DNA of 64,000 nucleotides. Source: Octopus vulgaris (lineage: Eukaryota). The stretch covers positions 18,166,001 to 18,230,000 of the forward strand of contig OX597826.1 of the NCBI GenBank assembly GCA_951406725.2, given 5' to 3'. Each line of letters begins with the position of its first letter. Position 1 is the first letter of the stretch. The position numbers and the translations under genes are program-made. The notes below the pieces were generated by a model. The model was not told the origin of the DNA. It saw only the letters and a program-made list of their open reading frames with translations, and ran no database searches. Shown piece by piece: positions 1 through 14,222 of this stretch.

Positions 1-325
1 CCACCACCACCACCACCACCACCACCTTCGTTTTTTTATCGTTATCACTGATGTTGTTGTCATCTTCATTGTGATCACTGTCATCATCATTGGCATTGTT
101 GTTGTTGTCATTGTTATCACCATCATCATCATCATTGTTGGCAGCATCAACATCAGTATCATCATCATCCTCTTCTTCTTCACCATTATCAACCTCATCC
201 CCGTTTTCTTCATCCTCACCAGCATCACCACTATCATCGTTTTCATCATCACTAACATTATCACCATCATCATCATCATCACCATCACCATCATTATCAT
301 CACCATCTTCATCATCATCATCATG
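1..325. repeat. Degenerate (CAC)n/(CAT)n trinucleotide microsatellite
   Basis: Visible repeat; source of the poly-I and poly-S ORFs. Confidence 0.9.
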
Positions 326-1402
326 CTACTATGTTGATACTGGTGAAATACATACACATTTTTCATCTCTTTCCAAAAAACTTTATCATATTTTTATCTT
401 TCTTACTCACTGCATCTTTAATTTTAATGAAAATTTTTATATATTTTTTGGTTTCCTATTGAAAGAAAAACGTTTTTTTTGTATTTTTAATGAAATAAAT
501 TACTTTTGATGTTGAGCAAAATCTGAACAAAAATTAGAACCATTGTCAGCACTGCTACTGCCACCACTACAACTACTACTACTGCCACCACCACCACTAC
601 CACTGCTATTAATACCATATTTACTACCACCACCCCTACTATTACCCCTTTACTACTCCTGTTACCACCACACCCTCAACACTTTAACCAGCCCCACAGC
701 TTTCACCACTCCTTCTCTACCCTGCACTGCCACCCTGCCCTCATCACCACCACTATGACCAATACCACTATTCTGATACCACCATATTCCAACAACTTCT
801 TAAAACAGCCATATCTGGAGGTCTGATCAAAATACCTTATTTCAAATGTGATTTGGCCTGAATTCTCCACCCTCTCTTCTTTTTCCCCAACCCCACCAGC
901 TTTCCTTCACAAATTATATTTCAAATATCTAATCAAATTATCTTTGTAACCCTCTCCAACCAACTTCCACCCCACCCCCACCTCATGTACCCTTTACTAT
1001 TTAAGTATACAGTCCCTTCATTGGGTCATGTGACACATTGCCTTAGAGATTTGAAGGAGACATTTTGTGAATGTTTGCTAGACGCACAAATAGTGCTGCT
1101 TTCCCCTCGAGATGCAACCAGCAACAGCATATCCGGAACGAGGGTCACAGGAACCAGCAAAACTCAACAGCTGCACCCTCACATGTGCACTCTACCCAAG
1201 CTGCTTCTGCCCAGAAAAGTTTACTCCCTAAAACAATCCACGTCTGTTGTGTTTGATGTCCCAATGAAGAAAGGGGTTGTTCAAAGACCCAGCTTCTTGA
1301 TGTGACATCACTTCCCCTTGCTTCCAGTCCCCTCATCACTCTTCCCTCATCCCCTTCCTGATCAGGTAGGAACAGACTGGACAGCGAGTATGCCCATAAC
1401 AC

Positions 1403-1614
1403 TCTTTTCTACTCTAGACACAAGGCCTGAATTTGGGGGGGGGGGCATTTGATTAGATTGACCCCAGTATGCAACTGGTGCTTAATTTATTGACCCTGAA
1501 AGGATGAAAGGCAAAGACGACCTTGACGGAATTTGAACTCAGAACGTGAAGACAGACGAAATACCGCTAAGCATTTTGTCTGGCTTGCTAGCGTTTCTGC
1601 CAGCTCACCACCTT
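1403..1614 (-). mobile_element. tRNA-derived SINE family B with TSD
   Basis: Minus-strand head ggtggtgagctggcagaaac...gagttcaaattcc (B box); degenerate TSD tatgcccataacactc / tatgcccaacacactc; many copies in the window. Confidence 0.85.
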
Positions 1615-1644
1615 ATGCCCAACACACTCTAATACAGCACTATA

Positions 1645-2554
1645 TGAGGTGGTATCAAAAAGTTCTGGGACTAGTTCTGTAGCACACCAACAGATGGCAG
1701 CACATGGTTGTGGGCACAGTGAGAGCTAGCAGTGACCTTCATGAGACAGTGTGCCAAGTGACATTGCAGTGTTTACTTTGCAAGTTGTGAAATTTAGGTT
1801 TTTGTGATGTGTATGCTGTAGTTTGTAATTTCTGTCATAGACTGGAAGTTGCAACAAAGAGGCATCTTGAAATTTTGCGTTAAACTTGGGAAGTCTGCTA
1901 CAGAGACATTCTGCATGCTTTGGCAAGCTTACAGGGACAAGGCAATGGGTTGCACCCAATGTTTCGGATGGCACAAGCACTTCAAAAGTGGAAGAACATC
2001 CCCGGAAAACAAAGAGCGATGTGGAAGATCTGCTACGAGGATCAGCCTCAGGAAACATAGAGAAGATTCATCAGTTGATGCATGAGGATCATCAGAAGAC
2101 AATCAATGAGATTTGGAAGCACTCGAGGGAGGACATTTGGCTAAAGCGATTGGATCTGTGGAGCACAAGGAATTCGATTCTTCATCACAACAATGCACCT
2201 TGTCACTGAGCACTCCTCACTTGTGAGTTTCTTGCCAAAAACAATATGGTAACCGTTCTGCGCCTGCCCTATTCACCAGATTTAGCAACTGTGGACTTTC
2301 GTTCCTTCCCCAAGATGAAAACGTTGCTCAAAAGTCACTTTTTTTTGCACTGTTGTCAAGATACAGAGCAAATCACAGAATGTCCTCGACTTACTTACAG
2401 AAAACGACTTCCAGTCCAAAAGTGGTAGAAATGCTGGGACCGGTGTTATTGCTTTGCAAGGTGACTATTTTGAAGGAAATGATGATAAACCTTAGATGAA
2501 TATGCTATTTTTTATTAAACATAACTAGTCTGGGAACATTATGATACCACCTTG
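1645..2554 (+). mobile_element. Decayed, internally deleted mariner transposon
   Basis: TIRs tgaggtggtatcaaaaagttctgggactag / ctagtctgggaacattatgataccaccttg; HTH KFCVKLGKSATETF; ILHHNNAPCH and PYSPDLA motifs split across frames. Confidence 0.9.
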
Positions 2555-2887
2555 AAAGCAACACTATTAGCAGCCATGGCTATTTTGGTCAGTTGTTGTT
2601 GTTTAGTGCTAATTCAGCCTTTAATGAACTGAATTAGAATCAAAGGTTTATGAATATCCTGTCTTTTCTTTGGACATTTTCTGTGACATTTCAACATTTT
2701 TGTTTCTGCGAACATCCTAGCTATTTCTATCTTAGTCAGATTCTATCTAGTTCTACATATCCTAATGTGTCCATACTTTAAGAAGGTCTTTTGTAATTTT
2801 GCTAAGACTTAGCAGGTTGTGTGACCACTTGGAGGCTCCCTTCCTGGCACAGTAGTGGTCAGTCATCAAAAATAATATCATACTTAC

Positions 2888-2895
2888 AGATTTAT
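2888..2895 (-). CDS. Candidate 8-nt microexon ATAAATCT, (D)KS
   Basis: Long pyrimidine tract ctcttttccttctttcttgtttgtcttttag|ATAAATCT|gtaagta; 64-nt intron back to the preceding exon donor. Confidence 0.5.
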
Positions 2896-2959
2896 CTAAA
2901 AGACAAACAAGAAAGAAGGAAAAGAGTCTAAGCCAGAACAAATTCTAAAATGTACTTAC

Positions 2960-3115
2960 CTTCACATGGAATGTTGTCAGGTGGACTGCCTTGGTAACCT
3001 TCATTACAGAAGCAGTCTTTAATTGAGGTTTTCAATGGACCATCTGTGTGGGAGGAGTTGGGACATTGAACACAGATAACATCAGTCTTTGAACGGTATG
3101 TGTTCCGCAGGCAAC
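2960..3115 (-). CDS. Internal exon, probably the same gene: ephrin-receptor-like (GCC2/GCC3) cysteine-rich repeat (absent from ORF track)
   Basis: 156 nt, acceptor ttcttcag| and donor |gtaagt, phase 1-1; (G)CLRNTYRSKTDVICVQCPNSSHTDGPLKTSIKDCFCNEGYQGSPPDNIPCE with C-x3-T-Y...C-x2-C-P...T-S-x3-C-x-C-x2-G-Y pattern; joins in frame to exon 26414-26536. Confidence 0.88.
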
Positions 3116-3389
3116 CTGAAGAATTATTGTAAAAAGGAATCGGTAAATATCAGCCATCTCATGTCTAATATTTTCTGAGATATAAATGTTAGTGGAGGAG
3201 GAACAGAAAGTAGAGGGAGAGGGGGAGGGAGGGAGACAGTGTGAACAACAACACCTTTATTAGAATGGGCTTTGATTTTATATATGTGTGTGTGTGTGCA
3301 TGTGTGGATATGCACGCATATGTGTGTGTGTGTATTTAAACATTTTGTATCATCTATCTGGATGTTTTGCGTTCTTGCCCCATTTTGTG

Positions 3390-3465
<76 letters not shown>

Positions 3466-3950
3466 TTCACTCAATGATCGAAACTGCATTTACTGCAGTC
3501 TAGATCTTAACACACTACACATGGGTATAAAAGAAAGATATGAATTATATTCAGCAGTATATTTTTACGAGTGTGGATTGGTATTGGACATGCGATGTTG
3601 CTGGTCACGTGCATACTTTGAAATACTCGTGAAGTTAAATGGAATACTATGCTGATGCAAAACAGTAAATAAAATAATTTTTTAATTTCAGTTCGAAACA
3701 CATTCATAGTTAAGCAGCCTTATTGATTCATTATTTTTCATTTCCTTGCCTACAATAATGTGTTATTCTCGGAGATTTTAAGGTAGTAAAAAGGAGTTTA
3801 GTGTCTATTTCTTGCAGTGCATGGTGAGGCATAAAGCCGATCCCTTGTTATAATTATGCATATAATTACAAAATATTTTATACACACACATGCACACACA
3901 CACACACACATTACACGCACACACACACACACACATATATATATATGTAT

Positions 3951-4113
3951 AGGCGCAGGAGTGGCTGTGTGGTAAGTAGCTTGCTAACAAACCACATGGT
4001 TCCAGGTTCAGTCCCACTGCATGGCATCTTGGGCAAGTGTCTTCTGCTATAGCCTTGGGCCGACCAATGCCTTGTGAGTGGATTTGGTAGACGGAAACTG
4101 AAAGAAGCCTGTC

Positions 4114-4158
<45 letters not shown>

Positions 4159-4372
4159 CATGTTTGTGTGTCTGTGTTTGTCCCTCTAGCATTGCTTGAC
4201 AACCGATGCTGGTGTGTTTACGTCCCCGTCACTTAGTGGTTCAGCAAAAGAGACCGATAGAATAAGTACTGAGCTTACAAAGAATAAGTCCCGGGGTCGA
4301 TTTGCTCGACTAAAGGCGGTGCTCCAGCATGGCTGCAGTCAAATGACTGAAATGAGTAAAAGAGTAAAAGAG
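3951..4372 (+). mobile_element. tRNA-derived SINE family A (internal (AT)n/(GT)n, gtaaaaga tail)
   Basis: Head aggcgcaggagtggctgtgtggtaag...ggttcagtccc (A/B boxes); near-identical copies at 44955, 56796, 57422, 61926. Confidence 0.9.
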
Positions 4373-4672
4373 TATATCCTTTTCCTTCCTACTATAGGCA
4401 CAAGGCCTTATATACATATATATATATATCATTTTCCTTTCTACTATAGATAAATATGTTATTTTTTATTAAACATAACTAGTCTGGGAACATTTTGATG
4501 ATACCACCTTGCAAGCAACACTATAAGCAGCCATGGCTATTGTGGTCAGTTGTTGTTGTTTAGTGCATATAATGTGTGGTAAGAGACCCTGTGAGATCTC
4601 TGGCTGCAGGCTGCTGTCCACTCTCCAAGTATCTACCAGAACAAGCAAGACTGAACATTCTGAGAAGTAAAA

Positions 4673-4709
<37 letters not shown>

Positions 4710-4713
4710 CAGC

Positions 4714-4772
<59 letters not shown>

Positions 4773-4888
4773 CTTATAATGTGTGGTAAGAGACCCTGTG
4801 AGACCTCTGGCTTCAGACTGCTGTCCATTCTCCAAGAATCTACCAGAACAAACAAGTCTGAACATTCTGAGAAGTAAAACAACAATAC

Positions 4889-4960
4889 GCAGTGGGAATG
4901 AACCCAGGACCATGTAGTTGGTAAGCAAGCTACTTACCACACAGCCACTCCTGCACCTAT
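4889..4960 (-). mobile_element. SINE family A head fragment
   Basis: Reverse complement of the 3951 head. Confidence 0.8.
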
Positions 4961-5473
4961 GTGTGTATGTGTGTGTGTGTGTGTGTTTATGTGTTTCTCT
5001 GTGTGTATGCAGTGACATGGTGTCTTTATTAATATTGCCGGACAGATGCTTCATGCTGTCCTGCTCGCTTGGCTGTTACATCATCAGTCTGACTAAAACT
5101 CTCGCTGTCAGGAGTGACTCAAAATTATGACCTTGTTCTCACTTTGTCATTGAATGATTGTTTTTCTCTTTGACATTTCATTAGTCATTGTTCATCACTC
5201 ACATCTATTAACTTTTTTGCACAGAAATATTCAGATCAAATCCTAGAGCCACTTCCTTCGATTGAATAGGTATAATTGATAGGAAGTTTTGTCCATCTAT
5301 AAGAAAAATCCCATCATCTGGCTGAATCCATGTGTCAGCGTCTCTCAACCATTTCTACTGCATTCTTTCTCATTACTTTCATAATTTATGTCCAAGACAC
5401 CATCACTCCAACACACACATGCTAATGAAAAAATAAACTTTCTCCCAGTGATTCAAACAGATTCTCAAAATAT

Positions 5474-5615
5474 AGGCACAGGAGTGGCTGTGCGGTAAGA
5501 TGTTTGCATCCCAGTGACATGGTTCAGGGTTCAGTCACATTGCACAGCACATTGGCCAAGTGTCATCTACCATAACCTTGGACCAAACAAAATCTTGTAA
5601 ATGGATTTGATAGAA
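5474..5615 (+). mobile_element. Diverged SINE family A head
   Basis: aggcacaggagtggctgtgcggtaag...ggttcagtc. Confidence 0.75.
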
Positions 5616-5625
5616 ACAAGCCCAT

Positions 5626-5658
<33 letters not shown>

Positions 5659-6117
5659 GTATAAATAATATATATATATATAATAATAATATAAAATATA
5701 TATATATCCATTTATACATACATATTTGTACATACTTACATCTATATGTATATATATATATGCATGTAGGCACAGGACGTCACAAACGTGTACAACAAAA
5801 GGGATACGAAGTACGAGTACATGGAATATGAACTATTTTTTCGAACAACAAAAGACACAAATGAAAAACAAAACAAACAACACAAAGAACGACCCTTCAT
5901 CAGTTGTTGGCTGTTTTTCTACTCTCGTATTTTGAGCATTCAACAACAATATACACTTTCAATAAAACAGTTGCTCCTGCAAAGCAAATTAAATAAAATT
6001 TGGGATTTTGCAGAGGGTCAAAATTGGTAACACAAACAGGACAGTGGAAACAAACAGGAAGGGCTGCTAAGCCCAAACGAGGTTGTGGTGGTGAACACGT
6101 AAATCAAGCTTGGACAG

Positions 6118-6149
<32 letters not shown>

Positions 6150-6303
6150 TTAATAATAATAAATATTAGGGAATAAATCCAAACTTACAGGGTATATTTT
6201 TAAATAATTTTGTTACATATTTAAATAATATAAATTAATCATATGTATTGGCTTAAGTCTTTCATTGTTTGATTTGCCTAATAGTGGTTTTGTCTCTAAT
6301 TTA

Positions 6304-6345
<42 letters not shown>

Positions 6346-6379
6346 CATACATATATATGTATGTATATATGCATGTATG

Positions 6380-6600
6380 TATGTGTGTCTTTGTATCTGT
6401 GTTTGTCCCCACTACTGCCACTTGACAATTGGTGTTGGTGTGTTTACATCCCTGCAGTTCAGCAAAAAAGACTGATAGAATAGGTACCAGGTTTAAAAAA
6501 AAAAATAAGTACTAGATTCAATTCATCCAACTAGAATTCCTCAAGAGGATGCTCCAGTATGGCTACAGTCTAATAACTGAAACAAATAAAAGATAAAAGA
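6380..6600 (+). mobile_element. Diverged SINE family A 3' half
   Basis: tgtgtttgtcccc...cttgacaattggtgttggtgtgtttacatccc...actgaaacaaataaaagataaaaga. Confidence 0.7.
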
Positions 6601-7110
6601 TATTGTCTCCAGTTTTTTTTTTTCTTTAAAGAAGCAATTTTACCTGTGATCCTAACTTTTAATTAACTTTGTCTGTTTTACATTTTCCTGCTGCTGTTCC
6701 TTATCGACCATAATTAATTGTTAAGATTTCTTATATTAAAACATTCCTCTTTATTTACATTGCAATCATCTGTGTTCATCTAATACACCCATGCCATCAT
6801 CATCATCATGATTATCATCACCATCATCATTGCTTTTATGTCTACTTCTTCTATGTGCCAGCATGGGTTGGAGGAGACACAGTGAGATATTATTTCATGG
6901 CCTGATGCCATTACTGTGGCCACCTTTTGCCTATTTCTCAAGCAGAGTATTCCACTGGACTTCACACATCAGAACCAACCAAACAGCCAAAATCACCATC
7001 ACCCAAACAGTGTCAATGTGACGACACACAGAAATAATATGGAAATAAACACACATGCACATATAAATGTACACATATGTATGTGTGTATGTGTGAGTGT
7101 GTGCATGTGT

Positions 7111-7172
<62 letters not shown>

Positions 7173-7180
7173 TTATATAC

Positions 7181-7212
<32 letters not shown>

Positions 7213-7249
7213 ACATGTGCATAATACATACATATATATATAAGCATAC

Positions 7250-7291
<42 letters not shown>

Positions 7292-7551
7292 CATACAGAT
7301 ATATATATGTATGTAATTATATATACATGTGTGTATGTGGTTATAGTTCAATCTTCCTTCCTTTCTCACCTAATTATCTCCCCTATATAATTTTATTTCC
7401 AAATTTATTTCCAATGTTTAATTCAATAATTTAATGATGTATGCTCTTTATCCTCCAAATAGATTTTTATTATATTTTCTTGTCTTTCAACCTGAATAGC
7501 CTTTTGTGTCAAATATTACTATACTCTTACATTTATACACGCATGCACGCA

Positions 7552-7585
<34 letters not shown>

Positions 7586-7771
7586 GAACACATACAATTT
7601 ATACAAATACATATATGCTCATGCACATGCATGTATGTGTATTTAATATAATATAATATAATGTAATATAAATTAATATAATATAATAATAAACATATAC
7701 ACACATACTCAAATAGTACATTATACACACACACACACACATACACACACACACATACACACTCACACATA

Positions 7772-7983
7772 ATGATGGGGTGCTGAAAAGTTGCTGGCTT
7801 TAAGGGCATCATGAATGGTCTGGCTGGAAGCCTAACTTGATGAGTTCTTTGACAGGGCTTTGAAAAACTGAAGAACCACTGAATGTGAATCTGTGAGGAG
7901 TGTATGTTGCATAAATTCATAGTTAACTGATCCTCCTGTATTTTCTTTTACCCAAAACAGGAAACTCCTTGGCACATCTTCAT
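7772..7983. mobile_element. Mariner-derived MITE (decayed)
   Basis: Degenerate TIRs ggggtgctgaaaagttgctggcttt / aaaacaggaaactccttggcacatc. Confidence 0.5.
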
Positions 7984-8424
7984 ATGTGTGTGCATATATA
8001 TACATAAACATCTGTAATCATTTTAACATCCAGTTTTCTATTTATGTATGAATCAGACAAGAATTATTGAGACAGATTTTCTACAACCAGTTGTTCTTCT
8101 TGTTGCCAAACAAGGTAATTTTTTTCTCTTAGAATGGACATGTTTTCACAGGTTCCTTATTATGTATAGACATAGCACAACCATCATATAAAATATATTA
8201 ATGTTTTATGTATAGTTTTACATAAAAAGAATCAAGAGTCACTCAATGGCTTAGGTGGAGTATCACATTTATTTTTTCCAGGAAAATGTTGACAGTGATT
8301 TTGAAGTTTCTCTTGTTGTTCAGTAATCAGACTGCACAATCACAGTCAACCTTTTCTTTGTAAGTATCATCATTATCATTATTGTCATCATCATTTAATG
8401 TCTATGTTTTCTGCTGGTATGGGT

Positions 8425-8706
<282 letters not shown>

Positions 8707-9119
8707 AAATAAATATTTTATTTGATTGCCAAAAATATTGCATTACAAATCAATGATGACAAATGGACATGTCTGGACTACAGATCAGGCAAAATATCAC
8801 CACCAATTCCGCCAGCATCATCACCATTACCATCACTGCCACCATCATCATCAACATATTCCCAGTCCTTACAAGTAACACCAAGACTAGCCATAATGTT
8901 ATTATCACCATTTTTGCAATCATTTCTGCCATCATTTCCGCATGCCATCCCCCCCCCCATCATTACATCGAAATCCAACATTATTATTACCAGCGAGATA
9001 ACTTCTTTTATGTATTTCTTTGAAATTGCATAATCTGCTCAAAATAACAGCCACAGCTTGCACAACGAACTCCCTACTCTCTTTAAAAGAGGGACTTGTT
9101 CTAAATATTAGATTAACCT

Positions 9120-9344
9120 AAGGTGGTGAACTACCTAGATTCTAGAACTGTTAGCATGCTGGGTGAAATACTTAGCAGCATTTTGTTCATCTTCACATTC
9201 TGCATTCAAATTCCATCATGGCTAACTTTGTCTTTCATCCTTTCAGGGTCAATAAAATTACTACCAGTTGAACATTAGCATTGACGTAATCAACTTAGCT
9301 CCTCCCCAAAAATTGCTGGCCTTGCGCCAAACTTTGAAATCAAT
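9120..9344 (+). mobile_element. Diverged SINE family B
   Basis: gttagcatgctgggtgaaatacttagcagcatt...ttcaaattcc...ctttcatcctttcagggtcaataaa. Confidence 0.75.
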
Positions 9345-9766
9345 GTGTGTATAAATATAAACAAACTAACATTTGTTTTTATTAGAAGCATCGAAATGTG
9401 TATTGTATGATACAAACCAGAAGATAAGTTTTCCTATGCAGAATTGCTGATAGAATAATAGAAATACTTGGTAAATTACCCTTACAAGGCAGAAACATTT
9501 GTTGACAGTCCTTGCAAGTAACACCAGTTTTTTACGGCTTGTTAGGGTAATTTATTTAGTGTTTCTGCTGTTCTAATGGCAATTTTGTGTTCAAAAAAAT
9601 ATCTTCATCTTGTTTCAAATCAATATTAGATTAGCCTATCTTATTAATAAAGAAATGCCAATCAAGTGGTACAGACTTGACTACAAGTTTAAAATGTACA
9701 CTTCACAACCATACAGTCTGACTTTGATCCCACTGCCTTGTATCTTGTGCAGATATCTTCTGCCAT

Positions 9767-9975
9767 ATCGTCATCATCATCATCATCGTCATCGTCATCG
9801 TTGTTGTCTTCATCATCATCTTCATCGTCATCATCATCATCACCATCACCATCACCATCGCCATCATCATCATCATCATCATCATCATCACCATCACCAT
9901 CACCATCATCATCATCATCATTATCATCATTATCATCATCATCATCATCATCATCGTCATTGTCATCATCATCTC
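9767..9975. repeat. (CAT)n microsatellite
   Basis: Visible repeat; source of the poly-H/M/S ORFs. Confidence 0.9.
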
Positions 9976-11293
9976 ATTGGGGTTGGGCAACTTTCCCAGA
10001 CCAATGCAACCCTTGCATGCCAGATGTCACGATGAAGTGATATGACTTGGGTTTTAGTCACATTGGTCTTTCTATAGCTGAAACATGTCATCTGTGCATG
10101 CCATAACTCAGATCTATTGCCAGACTTTGGTGCCTGGAGGTGCCTCACAGAATATTCTGGGTGCACATTAATTTGTAATAATGCTAAAGTGGAGTTTTGA
10201 AATAAGTATGTCACAGTAAATCTGGGAGTGCACAATTGAATAGCGAAAGGGAAAGTGCAGTCCAGTGCACTCCCTTAGCAACAGACATGCCATAACTACA
10301 GTGAACTGATTGGTCTTGGCCCTTTAGAGTTCATTTTCTGTTCATTTGCACAGCATCTAGTGATATTCGCCATTGACTCAATAAGTTAATTAGCTAATTA
10401 GTTCACATCCACCATGTTGCATCTCATGATTTCAATGTACCTTTGCTTGTGGGGCATCCTATTTAACCCATAACTGGGACTCCTGATAAATACTACTACT
10501 CCAAATAAGAGTAGACCTGGGGACAATAGTGGCTCAGAAGTGGTTCCATACACCCCAAAACTCTGGAGCTCCTTAACCAGGACCCCACTACCAGATGCAA
10601 TTTAAGGTCATACCTAGAACTTAGCTCATGACTTTGGCTTAACCAATACCTTAAGAGTAGAATTTAATAGACAGAAACTATTTTAAAGAGTTGTTTTTTT
10701 TTTTTGTGTGTGTCTTTGTCTTTGCCAGTAAACATTGGTGAAGACTATAAACTTTGGTGAAAAAACAAACACCATTGAGACCCTGTTATTATAAGAAATG
10801 CAGAGAATTACTGATTGGTCCTTTGGAAATATGGAGCAAACAACATTTTATTTTTTAATAACTGCTTTTTTTTTTTACCCCACTGCTAACATGCCTCAGG
10901 TGAATACATATTTTAGATAAATTATTTTGCAGCCAGCACCTATTTTTTAAACAAGAGGTTTTTCATTCTACTTGTCTTTGAAAGCAGACAGAATCATTTT
11001 GTTGGTAGAGATTGTCAATAAGCATCATTGTTTGCTGCTGGAACCATTAACATATTTGTCATTGACTAGTATTATCTCCCCACCACACACACACACACAC
11101 ACATAATTCTCATTAGCTATTTAATGCTCATTATGGTCAGCTTCCACTCCCAAGTGACTACAGCTTAGTAATGTATTCCATGCTCTTTACTAATTGTTTT
11201 AGGTGCCAATGTAGTGGAGAGCAGGCATAGACACTCTCTCAACCACCTCCCCCTTGATCCAGCAACATATCAAGGATGTGACAGCTGGAGAGG

Positions 11294-11344
<51 letters not shown>

Positions 11345-11346
<2 letters not shown>

Positions 11347-11502
11347 TACTGCACCAACACCTGGGTTGTACTCATTATGGCTGAGTGGATGAGATTTAAG
11401 TACCTTGCTCAAGGACACAATATACTGCCCAGTCCAGGGTTTGAACTCACAATTTTAAAATCATGAGCAAAACACCTAATCGCTTGACCACACATCTTCA
11501 CT
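11345..11502 (-). mobile_element. Old tRNA-derived SINE head (CORE-like)
   Basis: aagtaccttgctcaaggacacaa...gggtttgaactcac; reverse B box. Confidence 0.5.
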
Positions 11503-12383
11503 ACATTCTGTATGGTAACACTATATGTAACTGATATGTCATGATATGAAACACTGATATGTCATGTATGGGACATGACATATCAGCAGATGGAATTGCA
11601 AACCATTAAGAATTATGTGTCACTGTATGTATGCGAGTGACAATGATTAATACAGAAATGTGAGTCATTAGTTATTGAACAGCTAAAGTCTTGGTGGTTT
11701 CTGTCTTATGTGACCTTTGTCAAAATCACTCTCAGTGACTCAGGCTACAAAGCTATAGATAGAAACCATTCCAAGAAGCAAGTTACTGCAGTAAGCAGCA
11801 GGATTGGGAGACTTTCTGTAAGTGCTGAGTTGCCAAGGAAAAGGTATCACAAAGCCATTAGCGAAGCATTTTCCCTTGACTCGTTAGATGATGAGAATGT
11901 CTTCAGTGGTACCCAACAACCTACCTGTTCCTAGTTACCAAAAGAACAACTGTCACATAATATGACAGTAGGTTTATGATGAAGTTAAATGAACAGTACA
12001 ATACAATCCTGTAAGATGTGATCATGTGTGTATGAGGGTGTGTGATGTAGACAAGAGATAAGCAGACAAAATACCAGCAACAAAAGTATGAGATGTGGCA
12101 AAATGCAAGTGAAGATTGATTGAAGCAAACAAGAGAATGTAGAGTGAAAGTCTGACAAAACAAAAGATGTAAAGAAATGTCAGGAAAAGATGCCGAATGA
12201 GGCTGGATTTCAAACCGAACAATTGATGGAAAATATATAAAAGAATGATTGGAAATGGTGGAAATTTTTAGGTTTTGTTACTTCCAATATTAGAGACGAG
12301 TTTTATCAATAATATCAGCTTGTGGGTATTGATCTGAAATTGGTATGGAGTTATCTAATGGAGATTGTTGTAATTTTAAAGTC

Positions 12384-12414
<31 letters not shown>

Positions 12415-13012
12415 GTGTGTGTGTGTGTGTGTGTGTGAGACTAAATGAGATTTATTGTTAGTATACAAGGAATTATTGAAGTATGTGTGCGAGTATGAGA
12501 CAGAGAGAGAAAGTTAATATATGGGTGTCATTGAGTATACATGTATGTCTGTCTGTATGTATGCACAATAGACATGTCATTGTGTGAAGGATTGTAAGTA
12601 TAAATTGGTATATATAAGCAAGAATATATATGAATGAGATGGAGGGAATGAGAGAGAAAGTTAGTGAAAATAAATGAATCAGAGAAAGAAAGGAAAAGTG
12701 AAGAAGTACCTAGTTTCATAGATCTAATGGTAGCTATACACGGTGAAAGTGATATAGATGATTGCACAAAAACACAAGCAGACATATAATCATGCACACA
12801 CATGCCTGTGTATGGGCACCGGAGGAGGAGGAGGAGGAGGAGCTGCTGTGGACAAAACACTTCTCAATAAATCCAACAGTTACTATTAGAGTTGAAATTT
12901 TGCTTTTAAAATTTTTATCTGAATTATTCACATAAATTGATATTTTATATCACAGACCATTGCTTTAAAAAAAAAATACACGTGTCCACCACACATTCTC
13001 CCTCTCCCCCTC

Positions 13013-13049
<37 letters not shown>

Positions 13050-14222
13050 TACACAAACCAGCAGACTTATTAACACATGAACACAGAAGCACTATCTTAT
13101 ACACATGAATAAACATAACAGTTTCACAGTTACAGCAATCTGTTAGGGTGGCCATCAAAGAATCAATGGTTATTCATCTTTAACAAGAGGTCAGCCCTGA
13201 TCAAGCAGCCCTGATCAAGCAGCCCAACGATCTAATTTCTATCTGTATGGGTTTTGGTTTTCAAATGCAATAAGCATATCTAGGACTACACTGTCCAATG
13301 TGTTCCTTTTTTGTCAAAGCAATAGAATCTGAATTGAAAGGTATTTGACTGCCTTTTCTAGCCAGTCAAATGTCAGAATAGAAGTTCCCTTGTTGACTTT
13401 CCATTGACTTGTCCATGGTTTGTATAGTGATAGTAATGTTCTACTAGCATTCACTGGCTCAATCCATCATGTTATAAACAAGTACCATGTGGAGGTACAA
13501 CTAACATCTATAATCAAGGAGAACTGTTTAACTGAACACTGTCTTATTAACTGACAATACTGGTCAATGTTTCCATTGACCAATGGCAAGGATGTGGACA
13601 AAATATTAATCACACACACACACACACAGATCTTAGAAAAGTAATTGTTAACCTGGTTGACAGTACCTCTTTGGAGCCTTGTGAACTTACAGGGCAGGGG
13701 GTAAATTATTAAGAGGGTGTTAAGTGGGGTCCTGAGTCGTTCACATTTTTAAAAAGCATCCTTGTCATAATTAGAATATGAGTCAGACATTGTATTATCA
13801 GTGAGCTGGAAACATCACTGATGAGAAGCTAAAGTCTAAAGAAATTTCATTGAGTAGTTTTGTTTGAAATTTAACTAAATTTGTCCTAATCTAGGCAAGT
13901 ACATGAAAAGCAAAATAAAAGGTACTTGCAGGAAGGGACAGCTTAAATAAGTAGGAATAACAAACCACTGCACAAAATTAGCTTCTGTTTAATTAAAATA
14001 ATCTGCATTTTAGTGAGTGTTTGTGTGTGTGTGTGTGTGTTTGTGTATGTGTGTGCATGTGTGCATGCATGCATGTATGTGAACATGCAAGAACATGCAA
14101 AAGGGGACATTTTTGAAGGTTGGGGTGGAATTCAGCTACGAAAGATTGACAACCATTGCTTTAAAAAGTTACCAAATGAAACAATTCAAGACCCCCACAA
14201 TTTTATTATCAAATCTTTGAAA

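Noticed and set aside
985-1305. 106-aa non-repetitive ORF
   Set aside because: No recognisable motif or splice context; probably an old TE fragment
3477-3502. GAAACTGCA-tttac-TGCAGTC hammerhead stem III-like motif
   Set aside because: No upstream CUGAnGA or stem I, so too incomplete to call
12806-12918. Possible minus-strand exon after ttcag
   Set aside because: No GT donor; low-complexity peptide from (GGA)n
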